From assembly GCA_040752415.1 (NCBI GenBank), contig JBFMGU010000217.1:1-17680 (forward strand): DNA of 17,680 bases, written 5' to 3'. Below are positions 16,009 through 17,680 of this stretch, one piece after another. Within the stretch, counting starts at the first letter, position 1; every line of letters begins with the position of its first letter. The stretch is from Myxococcota bacterium. GTDB taxonomy: Bacteria > Myxococcota > JACRCW01. Made by a program: the position numbers and the translations under genes. The notes below the pieces were generated by a model, which had not been told where the DNA came from, did no database searches, and worked only from the letters and a program-made list of their open reading frames with translations.

Positions 16009-17680
16009 ATGACAGCTCATGCCGCAATCTGGCTGCTTGTCACCGCAACGGCGGCCGCCACCAATGACAACAACGTGGAATGGAACGGCGTGGAGCACCG
16101 GGTCAGCTCGCCGGTGTACCGCCCCGACGGAGAGCGCGTGGATGCCTCCGACGGTGTCACGCTGCGCGTGCGCTCCTTCCAGTTCGACCTGAACGCGGTC
16201 ACGCTCTACTACCACAACGGCGCCAACTGGCAGTCGACGCCGGCGCGTTTTGACGCGGACTACGCGGACTGCGACGGTGAGTCGCTGGGGGCGCCGTGCG
16301 TGTTGTGGGTGGCGGCCATCCCGCCGTTCTCCGGCGCCACCGCCTACTACTTCGCCGTCACCGACCAGGCCGACACCGACTACCTGGGCGCGGATGTGAA
16401 CAACAACGCGGTGATGATGGAGGACGCCCCCGACGAGGCGGGGAGCTTCCAGCTGGCGGCACCGTCGGGCGGCAAGGTCATCCACGTGCGCGCCGAGGGC
16501 GCCACGCAGACGTTGGAGGTGGCCACCGCGCCGTGCGGCATTCCCGGCACCTTCTCCGCCGTCACGTTGGGCGCGGCGCAGGACGGCTGGCGCACCGGCA
16601 CGCTCAACGCCTCCCCCGGCGAGCGGTTGGCGTTCAAGGTCAGCGTCGACGGGCAGGTGCGGCAGGTGGACCGGCTGGGGCGTCCCTGGACCAGCACGCA
16701 CGACGAGGTCTGGCTGGACCGCGGCCTCACCTACGACGTGAATCCCGGCTCGGTGCTGCGCCCGCTCGTCGACAGCCACACGCATCCCATTGCCACCGCG
16801 CAGGACCTGGGGTTCTTCCCGGACACGGTGACCAACGTGCTGGACGGCCACGGCGTGCTGCTGGGCCTGACCACGCTCGACGCCAGCCAGGACCAGGTGG
16901 CCGGCCTGGTGCAGTCCCGCCCGGACCGCTTCCGCGCCCTGGCCTGGGGCCACCCCACCGCCGACGACTTCCAGCGCGCCGCCGACCTGGGCGTGGTGGA
17001 GGCGTTGCTGCGGGATGACGCGTTCCAGGGCATCAAGCTGCATCCCGTGGGAGACAGCTTCCCCGCCGACGCGGCCTACGTGGACCCGTATCTCGACCTG
17101 GCGGAGAAGTACCGCGTTCCCGTGGTCATCCACACCGAGGAGCAGAGCGGCGCCTCCCCCGCGGACGCGGCCAGCCCGGCGCGCGTGGCCACGCTGGCGC
17201 TGCGGCATCCCGGCGTGCTGGTGGTGATGTTCCACATGGACATTGCGGCGTGCGACCGCACCAACGTCATCCGTCACGCCCAGCGCGCACCGAACATCCT
17301 GGTGGAGACCAGCTGGAGCAACGCGCGGCAGGTCCGGCTGGCCATGTGCTCCCTGGGAGCGCACCGCGTGATGTTCGGCACCGACGCCACCACCGACGGA
17401 GACACGCACTATGACCGCGGCAACAACATCCTCAACGCCGCGTGCACCGACTACAACCAGGGCTACACGCAGGTGATTGGCGAGATGGCGGGCTCGTCGC
17501 CGTATGCGGCGCTCAGCGTCCAGGAGCTGGCCAGCTGGCAGCGTGACACCGCGGTGGGCGCGTTCGATCTCTCGCTGCGTCCGTTCCCGCCGGCGGCCCG
17601 TGAGCAGTGCGCCTCCGACGCCCCCGCGCCCTCGCCCCAGGTGTTCCCGTACCCCCAGAACGCGTGCGCGGATTTCCCGG
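16009..17680 (+). CDS. Secreted multidomain metal-dependent amidohydrolase (Amidohydro_2-like) with N-terminal CBM34/TVAI-domain-N-like module; 3'-truncated by the window edge
   Basis: Open frame from ATG 16009 to the end of the window (at least 557 aa, no stop, so absent from the ORF track). Signal-like MTAHAAIWLLVTATAAA, then NDNNVEWNGVEH. Barrel motifs: VDSHTH (H 16777/16783), GIKLHP (17029), PVVIHT (H 17131), VMFH (H 17233), RVMFGTD (D 17383). Confidence 0.88.
   Translation, partial: MTAHAAIWLLVTATAAATNDNNVEWNGVEHRVSSPVYRPDGERVDASDGVTLRVRSFQFDLNAVTLYYHNGANWQSTPARFDADYADCDGESLGAPCVLWVAAIPPFSGATAYYFAVTDQADTDYLGADVNNNAVMMEDAPDEAGSFQLAAPSGGKVIHVRAEGATQTLEVATAPCGIPGTFSAVTLGAAQDGWRTGTLNASPGERLAFKVSVDGQVRQVDRLGRPWTSTHDEVWLDRGLTYDVNPGSVLRPLVDSHTHPIATAQDLGFFPDTVTNVLDGHGVLLGLTTLDASQDQVAGLVQSRPDRFRALAWGHPTADDFQRAADLGVVEALLRDDAFQGIKLHPVGDSFPADAAYVDPYLDLAEKYRVPVVIHTEEQSGASPADAASPARVATLALRHPGVLVVMFHMDIAACDRTNVIRHAQRAPNILVETSWSNARQVRLAMCSLGAHRVMFGTDATTDGDTHYDRGNNILNAACTDYNQGYTQVIGEMAGSSPYAALSVQELASWQRDTAVGAFDLSLRPFPPAAREQCASDAPAPSPQVFPYPQNACADFP

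Noticed and set aside
15298..17409. 703-aa minus-strand ORF
   Set aside because: Antisense shadow of the lipoprotein and amidohydrolase genes, which carry the real motifs.
1..17680. CRISPR array, tRNA or rRNA genes
   Set aside because: No regularly spaced direct repeats and no tRNA/rRNA signatures were seen; the repeats present are inverted.

Overview
High-GC bacterial chromosomal segment; gene content and style suggest Myxococcota or a related deltaproteobacterial lineage (inference). It has about 14 real CDSs: a 6-TM class III adenylate cyclase, CtaA/COX15 heme A synthase, M23 peptidase, unknown membrane protein, type IV pilin, double-domain KaiC-like ATPase plus stand-alone receiver, RodA, PBP2 (MrdA), DUF309, an Rv2004c-like APH/P-loop kinase, RadC, a lipoprotein, and a secreted amidohydrolase that runs off the right edge and is absent from the ORF track. 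Most other listed ORFs are GC-rich shadow frames. Four things stand out. (i) The 750-bp gap between the receiver gene and rodA holds two unrelated long inverted-repeat elements: a ~285-390-nt candidate structured RNA or MITE, and a ~330-bp TA-flanked MITE-like element overlapping the rodA stop codon. (ii) The RodA-PBP2 pair is atypical: RodA has a ~70-aa membrane insertion, PBP2 has an apparent tandem duplication in its pedestal/dimerisation region, and mreBCD is not adjacent. (iii) A CBM34-like (TVAI domain N) module is fused to an amidohydrolase barrel. (iv) There is a GTAG-type REP doublet at the left edge, and several promoters have leaderless geometry. No database searches were run; family calls rest on motifs read by eye.
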